Assembly (NCBI GenBank): GCA_036343635.1
Contig: JAYYVF010000055.1
Span: forward strand, 1-64,000
DNA: 64,000 nucleotides
Origin: Candidatus Latescibacterota bacterium
GTDB taxonomy: Bacteria; Latescibacterota; UBA2968; UBA8231
Direction of reading: 5' to 3'
Shown: piece by piece, positions 48,870 to 59,725 of the stretch
Numbering within the stretch: the first letter of the stretch is position 1
Layout: each line of letters starts with the position of its first letter
Position numbers and translations under genes: made by a program
The notes under the pieces: model-generated
Told to the model about the DNA's origin: nothing
The model's input: the letters and a program-made list of their open reading frames with translations, nothing else
The model's database searches: none

Positions 48870-49120
48870 GACCTCAGCGAGATCGGTACATTAATCCACC
48901 CTAAAAAAGAGGAAAGACCCATCCCGCGAGGATCTCTTAGATATAAAATTGTAGGCAGGTCTCCTGACTTACAGCTATGCATCCAGCCCTTCCCGATTAG
49001 AATCAGTGGCTTCGTGGATACACTGCACTTGCTCCTGTACACGCTGTTCACAGTGGCGGGGCCGTGGCGGATTCACACCGCCTTCCCTATTCTCCAGATC
49101 ACCGGCACCTACAATAGATG
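48870..49120 (-). promoter_or_regulatory. Cobalamin (AdoCbl) riboswitch with expression platform, leader of the btuDFC operon
   Basis: Minus-strand RNA: P1 ATTGTAGG... then GGTGCCGGTGATCTGGAGAATAGGGAAGGCGGTGTGAATCCGCCACGGCCCCGCCACTGTGAACAGCG (conserved core). B12 box AAGTCAGGAGACCTGCC closes P1 (CCTACAAT). The aptamer spans about 48948-49116. A hairpin plus U-tract (GATCC...GGGTCTTTCCTCTTTTTT) precedes the btuD start. Confidence 0.8.
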
Positions 49121-49192
49121 TCTGTTTACTACGAATATATTAATGGCACAACTTGCGGTCAATTTGAGCTTTATCCCAAAATAAAGGCCACA

Positions 49193-49939
49193 CTATTTGC
49201 GTTGAACAAAACTCGATCTACGTTTTTTTGACCGGATATGCAAACCATAAAGTATTGCTACGATAGTAACAGCAATAGCAAAAAGCCAACTACCTATGTC
49301 ATAAAATCTTTTTAACGTACTTTTGGATGCAGCAAAGCCTTTAAACCTTTCATATCTATCACTGGGCGCAACAATATTAGCTAAACGAATGGCTTCATTT
49401 GCTTCCTCAACACGATCATCGCGAATTAAACTATTTATGTAGTTGTAATGAGCTTCAACAAAGCTGGGAAACAGCCTTCGGGCAATATCGAATTGTTTCT
49501 CAGATTCAGCGAATTTTTCCAAAAGGAAGAGCGTCGTACCTAACCCATTCCTCGCCAAAGCCCCAAGATGTTTTGCATTTGCACCACCATCTTTTTGCGC
49601 TACGCGTGCAGCTTTTAAGAAAACAGCCTGAGCATGTTTCAATTTTCCAGCAGAATGATAAATGAGACCCGAATTGTACAGGCTTTGAAAAAATTCCGGG
49701 TCTATTTTTAAAGATTTTCTATAATCACGTAGCGCCTGATCCTCATCAACGGGTACTCCATCCCCCATATGATACGTCAATCCACGTTTAAAATATTCAG
49801 TTGCCTCATTTTGCCCAAATGCTGGAAAAGCCAATAGCAATACCCAGATCGGAATACAGACAGGAGTACACCGTTTAAATGTTTTCAAAGTAGATGAAAA
49901 AGGTGACAGGTCTTTAGGGTGATGTAAGAGCCTCATCAA
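49193..49939 (-). CDS. TPR-repeat protein with signal peptide and C-terminal TM anchor
   Basis: 248 aa with several TPR-like repeats (YFKRGLTYH..., YNSGLIYHSAG..., AHYNYINSL). C-terminal hydrophobic helix followed by a basic tail. Confidence 0.7.
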   Translation of the reverse strand: MMRLLHHPKDLSPFSSTLKTFKRCTPVCIPIWVLLLAFPAFGQNEATEYFKRGLTYHMGDGVPVDEDQALRDYRKSLKIDPEFFQSLYNSGLIYHSAGKLKHAQAVFLKAARVAQKDGGANAKHLGALARNGLGTTLFLLEKFAESEKQFDIARRLFPSFVEAHYNYINSLIRDDRVEEANEAIRLANIVAPSDRYERFKGFAASKSTLKRFYDIGSWLFAIAVTIVAILYGLHIRSKKRRSSFVQRK

Positions 49940-50036
49940 TTATTCTCATTTCAAACTTCGCAGGAAAGTTGAATTGCAAATATTTCTTAATCGAATCAAA
50001 ATAATCTGCGAAACACTCATTCGTTAAGTCAACAGA

Positions 50037-51017
50037 CTAAGGCCTCAATGACCTAAACTTGCTCCGCCTAAATTTCGCTGGCTTACGGTCTTCTTCTGCC
50101 TCACTAGTCCCCGTAAAAAACTTCCAAGGACGAGCTGCCAACTCGCGGGCGCTCTGGGAGGTCGAATGAACATTGTCTATCGTCGAATCTATTTGTCCTT
50201 CTTTTTTCTCCACAAATGATTCTACACGTCCCAAAACAGAATCCAAATGCTGTAATGCAGAGCTTAGACCAGCGACTGCCTTTTGAACATCTTCTTGACT
50301 GGCTATAACGAGTGTATCAACATTCCCTAACATCCGGCCAGCCGTTTCGGTGCTAAGACGAAGTTGCACGAGTAATTTTTCAAGTTCCGGGCTAGCCCGA
50401 TTTACCATTTGTCGGCTAGCATCCAAAAGACTATCAGCACTAGTCGAAACAAGCTGTACTCCATTAGCTGCACGATGAATTCCATCCCCTATGCGACCGA
50501 GACGATATCCCAGATCGGCGCGTCGAATACTTTCTCCTGCCGCCCCAAGTTTATGAGCCATTTCAGTTAAGCGAGTCATCAACTCATTCATCGCTCCTTT
50601 TTCCCGGCCGCGAATCACACTACCAGCTTCGACAACACCTTCAACAGCCTGACTGACGTCCAAGTCAATAAAGGTATCACCAACCAAGCCACTGCGTTTC
50701 ATCTCAGCCACCACACCTACTGGCACGGGGTAGATTGTCTCAATGGCCATCGTAACTAAAAAGTAAGCCTCACCAACAGGAGGGCGCGGCCGAAATTCAA
50801 CCGACTGAACTTGACCGATGGTAAAACCTCGCAATTTGACTTTCGTGGCTTCGCTAATATTGCTGATTGCATTAAATTCGGCAATGAGTTCGTAGCGCTC
50901 AACTTCTTCTTCCTTAAAAACAAGTAACCAGGTAAAAAGAAATACCGCCGCAACGACAAACAATCCGACCATAACATGCCCACTTGGGCGTTCGTGTAGC
51001 AATGTTCGTTTTTGCAT
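50037..51017 (-). CDS. MCE-family protein (MlaD-like substrate-binding component)
   Basis: 326 aa with an N-terminal TM and an MCE domain (LIAEFNAISNISEATKVKLRGFTIGQV). C-terminal helical region. Confidence 0.8.
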   Translation of the reverse strand: MQKRTLLHERPSGHVMVGLFVVAAVFLFTWLLVFKEEEVERYELIAEFNAISNISEATKVKLRGFTIGQVQSVEFRPRPPVGEAYFLVTMAIETIYPVPVGVVAEMKRSGLVGDTFIDLDVSQAVEGVVEAGSVIRGREKGAMNELMTRLTEMAHKLGAAGESIRRADLGYRLGRIGDGIHRAANGVQLVSTSADSLLDASRQMVNRASPELEKLLVQLRLSTETAGRMLGNVDTLVIASQEDVQKAVAGLSSALQHLDSVLGRVESFVEKKEGQIDSTIDNVHSTSQSARELAARPWKFFTGTSEAEEDRKPAKFRRSKFRSLRP

Positions 51018-51031
51018 CTATATCTCCGAGG

Positions 51032-51793
51032 CTATGCCGAATTCGACAACTCTGTCCTAATCCAAGGATCATCACATTCGATCAAGTCATCTGAATTTCT
51101 TATATAGAAAAAATTTCCATCTCTCAAGACTCCGTAGCTTTCAAACGCACGAGCCACAGTCGATAGTCTTGAAGTAGTTAACATCCGTGTACAGTGCGAA
51201 AGTTTTACTTCAGTAAGAATTCCCAATAACTTATCTATACTTTGCGCGTCTATACCGGCACATATATCATCGAGAAGCAGGATTTCCGGATCTAAGCTAA
51301 GTGCACGTGCCAAAACGATACACTTTCGCTGCATTTGATTCAATTGAACCGGACGCAAACCCGTTCCCAATAAATCCCCAACACCCACCCACTCTGCGGC
51401 TTCTCGGCATCTCTTTGTAATATCATCATCTTCTACGTCATTACTTGAATGATAAGTAAGAGCTAATGATATATTCTGATCGACATCCATATTATCGACT
51501 AACTCACGCTCTCCCATCACTGATCCAACACGCAATCGCAAATTAACGAGACCGCTTTCATCCATATCAAATACGGATTCATCATTAATTCGCACATCCC
51601 CCCACAGGCGGACCTTATCATCCTTCTGCATTCCCGGTAAACCCTGAACCAGTCGCAAAACCAAAGAGCGACCACAGCCAGGAGGCCCCGTAATCGCCAT
51701 AGACCCTCCAGACTCCAACCGAAACGACACATTTTTCAAAAAATATTTGCCTTCAACTTCTAATGTAACATCCTGAAACTCAACTGTAGCCAT
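51032..51793 (-). CDS. ABC transporter ATP-binding protein (MlaF-like)
   Basis: Walker A GPPGCGRS, Walker B LLLDD, Q-loop and H-loop are present. Adjacent to the MlaE-like permease. Confidence 0.85.
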   Translation of the reverse strand: MATVEFQDVTLEVEGKYFLKNVSFRLESGGSMAITGPPGCGRSLVLRLVQGLPGMQKDDKVRLWGDVRINDESVFDMDESGLVNLRLRVGSVMGERELVDNMDVDQNISLALTYHSSNDVEDDDITKRCREAAEWVGVGDLLGTGLRPVQLNQMQRKCIVLARALSLDPEILLLDDICAGIDAQSIDKLLGILTEVKLSHCTRMLTTSRLSTVARAFESYGVLRDGNFFYIRNSDDLIECDDPWIRTELSNSA

Positions 51794-51808
51794 AGATTTA
51801 GTTTATAC

Positions 51809-52633
51809 CTATATCCAATAAAAGACGCCGGATATTAATGCACTAACTACGAATACGTAATACATTGACTGAAAGACTCCATTGCGAGCAACCATTGGCA
51901 CCTCGTAATAGGCCCGACGAGCACGCAGACCATGATAACAAGATATTAAAGCAACAATTGCACCAAAAATAAGACCTTTCGTTAGACTTAAATAAAGATC
52001 TACAGATGAAAGAAAAACAAAGATATAATCACTGTATAGAGAAAATGGGATTGTCAGCCGCGTACTCGCGACAATAAAACCTCCAATTAAAGCAACCGCA
52101 TCAAAATATACTAGCATACAAAATAGAGAAACCATCGTACCTAGAACGCGGGGGACTACTAAAAAGTGATATGGATCAATTCCCAATCCTTCTAACGCCT
52201 CAACTTCGCCACTAATACGATTCGTAGCCATCTGTGCCGCCATAGCCGTTCCTGAACGCGTAATAACAACCATTGCCGTAATAATTGGGCCTAATTCACG
52301 AACAATACTGATAACCAATATCTGGCCAATAAGGGCATGTGCGCCAACACCTTGAAGTTGAGGAAGAGATTGGACAATAACGGTAGATCCAATCAATAAA
52401 GATAAAAAACTGAGAAATGGAAGAGCCTCCAGCCCAGTAAAAAATACCTGTTGAGTAGTTATCCGAAGAGTAGTTCGCAGACCTTGATTTCCGAGGAACA
52501 AGCCTGTTCCCCTAATTACGGCCACCGTAAACTTAAATAACTCCCAGTTTTGAACAAAGAGATGTATAGTTTGCCGTCCTATAAATCCGAACAGCGACGT
52601 AATCGTTCCTAATCCTCTTATCCTAAGTGCCAC
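51809..52633 (-). CDS. ABC transporter permease (MlaE-like)
   Basis: 274 aa MlaE-family permease. Confidence 0.85.
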   Translation of the reverse strand: MALRIRGLGTITSLFGFIGRQTIHLFVQNWELFKFTVAVIRGTGLFLGNQGLRTTLRITTQQVFFTGLEALPFLSFLSLLIGSTVIVQSLPQLQGVGAHALIGQILVISIVRELGPIITAMVVITRSGTAMAAQMATNRISGEVEALEGLGIDPYHFLVVPRVLGTMVSLFCMLVYFDAVALIGGFIVASTRLTIPFSLYSDYIFVFLSSVDLYLSLTKGLIFGAIVALISCYHGLRARRAYYEVPMVARNGVFQSMYYVFVVSALISGVFYWI

Positions 52634-52648
52634 GGAGACTTCTCCATA

Positions 52649-53368
52649 CTAAAACGAGAACATTAAACCTAGTGAAACTTCATTGTGTTGAACATTCTTT
52701 TTCTTAGTAGATTCTGCTGAGATTCGTTCGAGAGCTGCGTCCCCTACTGTTCCAAATTTCTCGATTTCCTGGTCAATTAATTCATTAGCTCTATCCTGGG
52801 CGTAGTCCATCACAGAAAACACTGTATATCTTCGAAGATCTAAGCGGGCCGCCAATTTCTCCCCTAAAGCGTATCTCACTCCCCCACCATAACTCAGAGC
52901 ACGATTATTCTGTAAATCTGATGCCCCGGAATTACCTTCAACCCTACTTAAATAGTCATTCGCTGACGGTGAAGACGGAAGCTCCGGGTTGGTGACGTCT
53001 ATGCTTGTCAACAAAATCATCCCAAGTCCAACACCAAAAAATGGCCGTACCGAAGTACTGGTCGGTATATTCAAAAGCAACCTACCCTCATAAAACACAG
53101 CAGTCATCGGCTTTTTCGTTCCATCACTCAACATTCGCTGTGGACGCGCTATCATCAATGACGATTCACCACCAAAAATCCGGCTCGACTTACCCCAGCG
53201 CAATCCTAATCCGCGACCACTGTCCAACTCTACAGACTCATCAAAATCAACCTGCGAGCCAAAAACAGTAAGATCGGCTTTAGCATCTGATCCAAAAACA
53301 TTTGCTAGTGTAAATACCATTACAATCCGAAATAGTCTTATCATAGGTCGTTGCTCCTTTATCTGCAA
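52649..53368 (-). CDS. Outer-membrane beta-barrel protein (hypothetical), first gene of the Mla-like operon
   Basis: 239 aa with a signal peptide, alternating amphipathic beta-strands and a C-terminal ...LGLMFSF terminal Phe typical of OMPs. Confidence 0.55.
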   Translation of the reverse strand: MQIKEQRPMIRLFRIVMVFTLANVFGSDAKADLTVFGSQVDFDESVELDSGRGLGLRWGKSSRIFGGESSLMIARPQRMLSDGTKKPMTAVFYEGRLLLNIPTSTSVRPFFGVGLGMILLTSIDVTNPELPSSPSANDYLSRVEGNSGASDLQNNRALSYGGGVRYALGEKLAARLDLRRYTVFSVMDYAQDRANELIDQEIEKFGTVGDAALERISAESTKKKNVQHNEVSLGLMFSF

Positions 53369-53512
53369 AAAACCACCTGTTCAAAGAGTACACAAGACAT
53401 AATTTAAAAGCAAGGAATACCATAACTTTACTACATTATATATGGATCGGAAGACTTAGGAAAAAGATCATATATAATAAAAGATAACATCCTCTAAAAT
53501 GGACCAAACAAT

Positions 53513-56500
53513 TTGTACGGTTACCCCACACTTTGTCTGAAGACCAATCTTATTATTTCTGTTCGTTACTACATAATTGTTTTATTACTTAGTAATAACT
53601 GCTTACCCCTCTGGGGAGTTACCAACGGATCGTTCGAAAATGGAACTTCTTTACCATCTGACTGGACTTTATCTTCTGGAGGTAAAGGTTCTTGGGAAGT
53701 AATCGACTCCAAGTATGGCCAAAGTATCACAGTTATAGGAGCGAACACAAACGACAGATCCTATTGGCAGTCAAGACCGTTATTGTGGAAACCCAACGAG
53801 ACTTACGTTCTGCGATTCAAGGCACGTAGGTTTGGCGAAACTCAAGATGGTGCTCTAATCGTTGGACCTCATTTTTGCAATAGAGATCTTCGTGGTCCAT
53901 TCTACGATTGGACTAGTTTTCATTCTGTGATTTCTGTTCCAGGCATACCGGATCCGAGAACACCAATACGGTTGGGCCAATGGCAGACTTCCGGAACGGT
54001 AGCATTTGACGATGTAACACTTCATCGGGCCTACCCAGTTTACGCAACCCAAGATTCCTTAGTACTTGGGAACGGAGAAAATATAGATGGATTGAAGTAT
54101 ACATTCACAGCCCCTTACTTAGAAGAAACAGGCAACCATTCTCGTCCGCTCAAGAATCAAACAGCAACCTTTAATACTAACCGTTGGATTTTTTCAGGAG
54201 AGCGGGAAGTCCTATTTGAGCATTCAATTCACGGCCATTCGCAATCAGAAGGATATATAAAACTCTCGATTGGAAATTTTAAGGCCGGGAGACTCTTGAT
54301 TGACGTTAGTAATAACGGGAAAACGTTCAAAGCAGTAGGACAAGCTCAATCTTCCGGAACATTTCATTGGGAATTACCAGAGAACTTTTTCCCCGCAGAT
54401 ACGATCTCGGTTCGATTGCGGTCAATAAATACAACCTCGAATTCAACGCCTCAAAAAGCAACATTACAATTAACACACTACGGTTATTCCTCCACCGCGA
54501 ATGGTCCTGAAGTTTTTTTAGACGGTCGAACACACTACGTTGCCCACGAAATTATAGACGAGGCTGTAAAAGTATCAATAGTAGACTTAGGCAAATTAAT
54601 TGCTGGATCAGAAAGTTCCGTTAAAATCTACGTACGAAACAAATCTGATAATGAATTAAACATAACAGCGGAACTTAATAATCGTGTCCACGGGAATACA
54701 CATTCGTTAGGCAATCCGGTAGAACTAAAATCTTATGATAAAAACACCCTCCTACTGCTCCCCTATACACTAAAACATACGGGTAAGCAACGTCTGCTAA
54801 TCCGATTAACGGGAGATATAAATTATACGCTTTCGACTGATGTTAATGTCTCGCCCCTTCATGCCAAACATCACGGCGCAAGAATTACGACTAAAAATAC
54901 TTTACTGACTGCCTGGGTTGCCGATTCTGGTTGGAAAGTATCGAAGAACCAGGCCATCCCCGAAGCCAAAACAAATGGCCTAAATTTTAGTAGTGCGAAA
55001 GGTGAATTCGAAGCAATTCAATTAGTACTCAATGCGACCCAATCAATTGCTGATCTTGAAATCAACACCACCGAATTAATAAATCAATTTGGAGACAAAC
55101 TTTCTAAGAAGTTCATAGAAATTTTTCAAGTAGGCTACGTTGATATTAGAGTACCTTCTGATGGATCAGGGGTCGCTGACGAATGGCCTGATCCATTAAT
55201 ACCGTTGAAATCCTCTATAGATATCACCAATGGACACAACATGCCTATATGGATTCGGGCATACGTCCCACCCGAAACAACTCCAGGACAATACCGAGGT
55301 AACGTTGTTATTAAATCTCCAAACGTAGAATTGAAAGTACCGCTAACTATTGAAGTCTATCCTTTTACTCTTCCTAAGGCGATGCACTGTAGAAGCGCGG
55401 TGGGTCTAGATTTTGACACGGTAGCACAATACCAAAATCTCAAAACCAACTCAGATAAGAGGAAAGTTTTAGACTTATATCTGAAAAGTTTTTCCACGCA
55501 CCGTCTATCTCCTATAAACCCAGTCCCACTTGACCCCTACCGTGTCTATTGGAACGATACTTTTCCGACATTCGACTGGAGTAATTGGGACCGATCAGTA
55601 CGTAAGGTACTAAAGGACTATAATTTTAACGCTTTTAAAATTCCATTTCACGGTTTGGGTGGAGGAGATAATTTACGACGAAAAAAACCTACTTTAGCGG
55701 GCTTCCCCGAAGCCGATGTAAGATATACGAAAGCATTGTCTGCGTACTCAAAGGCTATAGAATCACATTTATCAGAGAAAGGTTGGTTAGATCACGCGTT
55801 CATATACTGGTTTGATGAGCCGCGCACAAATGATTATTCCTTCCTCCGAAAAGGTTTCCAAAAATTAAAAGATTATGCGCCTTCAATCCCTCGGCTATTA
55901 ACCGAACCGTATACGACCGAATTAAAAGGTGGACCTACTATTTGGTGCCCTTTACTAAGTCAATATCAACCAAAACATTCTACCGAGTCATTTTGGTGGT
56001 ACATTTGCAGTCAACCTAAATCCCCTTATATCGGAATATTTATCGATAGACCCGGTGTCGATTTACGAACCTGGCTCTGGCAGACCTGGCACTATGATAT
56101 AGAGGGTATCTTAATCTGGCAAAGTGTTCATTGGAACAGCCTAGTTGCTTACCCTGACAGTTTTCAGGACCCATTCCAAGACGCCATGAGTTGGGCAAGC
56201 GAACATGCTTCGTCAAGTAAAGGAATGAAAAAATGGGGTAACGGCGACGGGAGATTACTTTACCCTCCCCCGTCAAAACACTCAATAGAAAATAGAGCTA
56301 TTATACAAGGACCGATAGAAAGCATCCGATGGGAGATGCTCCGTGACGGAATTGAGGATTATGAATACTTCTATCAATTGAACTTACGTTTAGAAAAGAA
56401 CACCGGTCTAACTCAATGCCACGTCGAGCATTACTCGAATTTACTTAGGGTTCCGGAAGCAGTCACCACATCACGAATCCTTTATTCTATCGACCCCAAG

Positions 56501-56599
56501 CCTCTTAGAGAGCATCGCCATGCTTTAGCAAAGGCCATATCAGAATTAGATTCTATGTCAGCCGGATTATTATCAACCAACTGTAACCGTTTACAGTAA
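53513..56599 (+). CDS. Large secreted protein, N-terminal CBM4/9-like domain and C-terminal GH123/DUF4091-like (glycoside-hydrolase-like) region
   Basis: 1028 aa with a signal/TM. CBM-like N-terminus GVTNGSFENGTSLPSDW...YVLRFKARR. C-terminal DGRLLYPP...GPIESIRWEMLRDGIEDYEYFYQL resembles the DUF4091 signature. Family assignment is from memory, not a search. Confidence 0.5.
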   Translation: MYGYPTLCLKTNLIISVRYYIIVLLLSNNCLPLWGVTNGSFENGTSLPSDWTLSSGGKGSWEVIDSKYGQSITVIGANTNDRSYWQSRPLLWKPNETYVLRFKARRFGETQDGALIVGPHFCNRDLRGPFYDWTSFHSVISVPGIPDPRTPIRLGQWQTSGTVAFDDVTLHRAYPVYATQDSLVLGNGENIDGLKYTFTAPYLEETGNHSRPLKNQTATFNTNRWIFSGEREVLFEHSIHGHSQSEGYIKLSIGNFKAGRLLIDVSNNGKTFKAVGQAQSSGTFHWELPENFFPADTISVRLRSINTTSNSTPQKATLQLTHYGYSSTANGPEVFLDGRTHYVAHEIIDEAVKVSIVDLGKLIAGSESSVKIYVRNKSDNELNITAELNNRVHGNTHSLGNPVELKSYDKNTLLLLPYTLKHTGKQRLLIRLTGDINYTLSTDVNVSPLHAKHHGARITTKNTLLTAWVADSGWKVSKNQAIPEAKTNGLNFSSAKGEFEAIQLVLNATQSIADLEINTTELINQFGDKLSKKFIEIFQVGYVDIRVPSDGSGVADEWPDPLIPLKSSIDITNGHNMPIWIRAYVPPETTPGQYRGNVVIKSPNVELKVPLTIEVYPFTLPKAMHCRSAVGLDFDTVAQYQNLKTNSDKRKVLDLYLKSFSTHRLSPINPVPLDPYRVYWNDTFPTFDWSNWDRSVRKVLKDYNFNAFKIPFHGLGGGDNLRRKKPTLAGFPEADVRYTKALSAYSKAIESHLSEKGWLDHAFIYWFDEPRTNDYSFLRKGFQKLKDYAPSIPRLLTEPYTTELKGGPTIWCPLLSQYQPKHSTESFWWYICSQPKSPYIGIFIDRPGVDLRTWLWQTWHYDIEGILIWQSVHWNSLVAYPDSFQDPFQDAMSWASEHASSSKGMKKWGNGDGRLLYPPPSKHSIENRAIIQGPIESIRWEMLRDGIEDYEYFYQLNLRLEKNTGLTQCHVEHYSNLLRVPEAVTTSRILYSIDPKPLREHRHALAKAISELDSMSAGLLSTNCNRLQ

Positions 56600-56630
56600 T
56601 TTAATTTTCGGCAAAAATTATTAGGGATAA

Positions 56631-57749
56631 ATGATAATGACAGTTAACAAATCCTTCTATTTGATCTTTTTAGTACTTCTAGATGCTTGTAACCTTTATT
56701 CTGAGGATTATATCAGGAACATATCTGGAGACGTCAAACATAAATCCCAAGCAACATTTGCAGGTGGTTGTTTTTGGTGTATTGAAGCACCTTTTGACAA
56801 AACTCCTGGCGTTATTTCAGCTATTTCAGGTTACACCGGAGGGAATGAATCTAATCCAACTTACGAACAGGTAAGTTCAGGACAAACTCATCACATAGAA
56901 TCTGTCTTAATCACATTCGACTCAACGCTCATAGACTATACAACATTACTAAATATTTACTGGCAACAGTTTGATCCTACTGATCCGTCAGGATCATTTG
57001 TTGACCGCGGCCATCAATATACCTCCGCAATATTTTTTCATAATGCAGACCAGAAAGCTAAGGCTTTAGCCAGTAAAATTTACCTAGAGGAGCTTGGCCG
57101 TTTCGATAAACCTATAGTGACCGAAATCCTACCTGTTAAAATATTTTATCCAGCTGAAGAATACCATCAGGATTACCACATCAAAAATCCTACCCATTAC
57201 AATCTTTATCGCTCTGGGTCTGGACGTGACGACTACATTCTAAAAATATGGAGTAAAATGCCGCTGGATTTGGCAAAGGCCTTAACCCAGAATCACATCG
57301 CTATCAAATACACAAAACCTGACGACACCCTTCTTCGAGACCGTCTCACTGTATTGCAATATCAGGTGACCCAAAAAGACGCCACGGAACCCCCCTTCCG
57401 TAATAAATTCTGGGACCACAAAGCACAAGGAATTTATGTCGACGTCGTTTCGGGGGAACCGTTATTCAGTTCAACTCACAAATTTGTTTCAGGAACTGGG
57501 TGGCCAAGTTTTACTCAACCTCTAATAGCGGGAAATATAGTAAAGAGAGTCGATTCAAAGTTTGGAATGGTACGCACAGAAGTCCGTAGCAAGTACGGAG
57601 ATTCACATCTAGGGCATTTATTTAATGATGGTCCGGCACCTACAGGTTTGCGCTACTGCATTAATTCTGCTGCACTTCGTTTTGTACCAGCCAAAAATTT
57701 GGCTAACAGTAGCTATAAATACTTTTCCTACTTATTCCAAAAAGATTAA
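56631..57749 (+). CDS. msrAB: Bifunctional peptide-methionine sulfoxide reductase MsrA/MsrB, secreted
   Basis: 372 aa with a signal peptide. MsrA active site GGCFWC. The C-terminal MsrB domain has catalytic RYCINSAAL. Confidence 0.9.
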   Translation: MIMTVNKSFYLIFLVLLDACNLYSEDYIRNISGDVKHKSQATFAGGCFWCIEAPFDKTPGVISAISGYTGGNESNPTYEQVSSGQTHHIESVLITFDSTLIDYTTLLNIYWQQFDPTDPSGSFVDRGHQYTSAIFFHNADQKAKALASKIYLEELGRFDKPIVTEILPVKIFYPAEEYHQDYHIKNPTHYNLYRSGSGRDDYILKIWSKMPLDLAKALTQNHIAIKYTKPDDTLLRDRLTVLQYQVTQKDATEPPFRNKFWDHKAQGIYVDVVSGEPLFSSTHKFVSGTGWPSFTQPLIAGNIVKRVDSKFGMVRTEVRSKYGDSHLGHLFNDGPAPTGLRYCINSAALRFVPAKNLANSSYKYFSYLFQKD

Positions 57750-57821
57750 TTTGGCGTTCTCAACAAAATCATGCAATTTTAGGACACGTCTAATAATTCA
57801 TCCATCAAAAGAGGTTATACC

Positions 57822-59003
57822 ATGGCCACGATAGGAACTGCACTAACTGCCAGCGGAAAAAAAGTAATGCTCTGTGGATCTGGTGAGTTAGGTAAAGAAG
57901 TCGTTATTGAACTGCAACGTTTAGGTATTGAGGTTATTGCGATAGATCGATACAATAATGCTCCCGCGATGCAAGTTGCTCATAGGAGTTACACCATTAA
58001 TATGCTTGATGGTAAAGCCCTAAGAGAGCTTATAGAGCGAGAGCGCCCAGATCTAATTGTGCCAGAGATTGAAGCCATAGCAACAGACACGCTCGTTGAA
58101 TTAGAAAACGAGGGATTTAAGGTCATCCCGACCGCAAGAGCCGCCCGCCTAACAATGAACCGTGAAGGTATCCGGCGATTAGCCGCTGAAGAGTTAGGTT
58201 TACTCACTTCACCATACCGTTTCGCCTCCGACCGCGCTTCTTATTTACAGGGCATAGAAGATGTAGGAATTCCTTGCGTAATTAAGCCTGTTATGAGTTC
58301 TTCCGGAAAAGGCCAGAGTACGGTGCGTAGTCGAGATGATGTCGAAAAATCCTGGGAATATGCCCAAGAGGGGGGTCGCGCTGGCGCCGGAGCAGTAATT
58401 GTCGAAGGATTTGTGGAATTCGATTATGAAATAACTCTGTTAACGGTCCGGCATATTGGAGGTACTTCATTCTGCGCCCCCATCGGTCATGTACAGGTTG
58501 ATGGTGATTATCGTGAATCGTGGCAACCGCAAGCTATGAGCGACACGGCCCTGTCTAACGCGCAGGAAATGGCAAAATCCATAACAACCTCGCTGGGTGG
58601 TTACGGACTCTTCGGTGTAGAGCTATTCGTAAAAGGCGACGAGGTTTATTTCAGTGAAGTTTCTCCGCGTCCACACGATACTGGTATGGTTACAATGATC
58701 TCTCAGGATCTATCTGAATTCGCTCTACATGTCCGAGCCATACTTGAGTTGCCAGTACCTAATATTGTCCAACATGGACCCTCCGCTTCCTGTGTTATAT
58801 TGGTCGAAGGAGATTCTAATAATGTCGAATTTTCAGGCCTAGTCTCTGCTCTTGAGTCCGCCAACACACAGTTGCGACTTTTTGGTAAGCCGGAAGTAGT
58901 CGGTAAACGCCGCATGGGCGTAGTCCTCGCCCGAGGTGAAAACATAGAAGACGCGCGTCAAAAAGCTCGGCAATCAGCGTCCAAAGTGCAGATCACCCTG
59001 TAG
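57822..59003 (+). CDS. purT: Formate-dependent phosphoribosylglycinamide formyltransferase (GAR transformylase 2)
   Basis: 393 aa with ATP-grasp fold and PurT-specific N-terminus [14 protein letters not shown]. End-to-end collinear with PurT. Confidence 0.9.
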   Translation: MATIGTALTASGKKVMLCGSGELGKEVVIELQRLGIEVIAIDRYNNAPAMQVAHRSYTINMLDGKALRELIERERPDLIVPEIEAIATDTLVELENEGFKVIPTARAARLTMNREGIRRLAAEELGLLTSPYRFASDRASYLQGIEDVGIPCVIKPVMSSSGKGQSTVRSRDDVEKSWEYAQEGGRAGAGAVIVEGFVEFDYEITLLTVRHIGGTSFCAPIGHVQVDGDYRESWQPQAMSDTALSNAQEMAKSITTSLGGYGLFGVELFVKGDEVYFSEVSPRPHDTGMVTMISQDLSEFALHVRAILELPVPNIVQHGPSASCVILVEGDSNNVEFSGLVSALESANTQLRLFGKPEVVGKRRMGVVLARGENIEDARQKARQSASKVQITL

Positions 59004-59152
59004 ATTCTATCTCATAGAACTCTACTTATTTCTTTCTTGCCTCATCTTTCTTTTTGCGCTATCCTATATAGTATACATTTGTTCAGTATTAATTAATTCT
59101 AATAAAACTCTGTTTTATAGCACGTAGTAAACTATTCCCCCGGAGCAATATT

Positions 59153-59473
59153 ATGAAAGAAGGCTTATCTATAAGTGCGCAGCAAATCGCTGAAGACATC
59201 GTTTATGATTACTATATGACGCACCGCTATCAACGCCCCATTAGCGTACGTTGTGAAAACGAACAACCCATAGAGTTTACCCACCCCAAAGAAGGTATCT
59301 GGATAACAATTACCGATATAATCGATTCCTGGATCATAGATACAAAATGGTGGACACCAGATAATACTATAAAAAGACACTATTTTACAGTAGTTACCTC
59401 ATGGAATGGCGTATACGAAATGTATCACGATGGCAATCGCAACCAGTGGTTTCTATCCGGTGATTTGGATTAA
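59153..59473 (+). CDS. Hypothetical small protein (106 aa), Trp-rich
   Basis: Good coding periodicity. First of two tightly linked small ORFs in an AT-rich pocket. No recognisable motif. Confidence 0.45.
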   Translation: MKEGLSISAQQIAEDIVYDYYMTHRYQRPISVRCENEQPIEFTHPKEGIWITITDIIDSWIIDTKWWTPDNTIKRHYFTVVTSWNGVYEMYHDGNRNQWFLSGDLD

Positions 59474-59476
59474 ACG

Positions 59477-59725
59477 ATGAAGGTGAAGTTAATCGAAATG
59501 CCTTGTAATTCTACTTTGGCGCCAGACGCGATAGATTCAATAAAAAAGGCCATCAACGCAGGTCTATATATGACAGATATTAGATTCGCATTGAATAAAG
59601 ATCATCCGGAGAAAAGCATATTCATAGCAGTAATGGAGGGGAAACCACCAGAAATAACTCTATCAAAAGAGGAAATCAATACCAAACAAGAATCTCTTAC
59701 AAAACTTAATAACAAATTCCAATAA
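59477..59725 (+). CDS. Hypothetical small protein (82 aa)
   Basis: Starts 4 nt after the previous stop (TAAACGATG). No recognisable motif. Confidence 0.45.
   Translation: MKVKLIEMPCNSTLAPDAIDSIKKAINAGLYMTDIRFALNKDHPEKSIFIAVMEGKPPEITLSKEEINTKQESLTKLNNKFQ

Noticed and set aside
48860-49051. N-terminal 64 codons of the ORF-track btuD call
   Set aside because: This region is occupied by the cobalamin riboswitch aptamer and expression platform on the same strand. The ATPase domain begins only after the internal Met at 48859.
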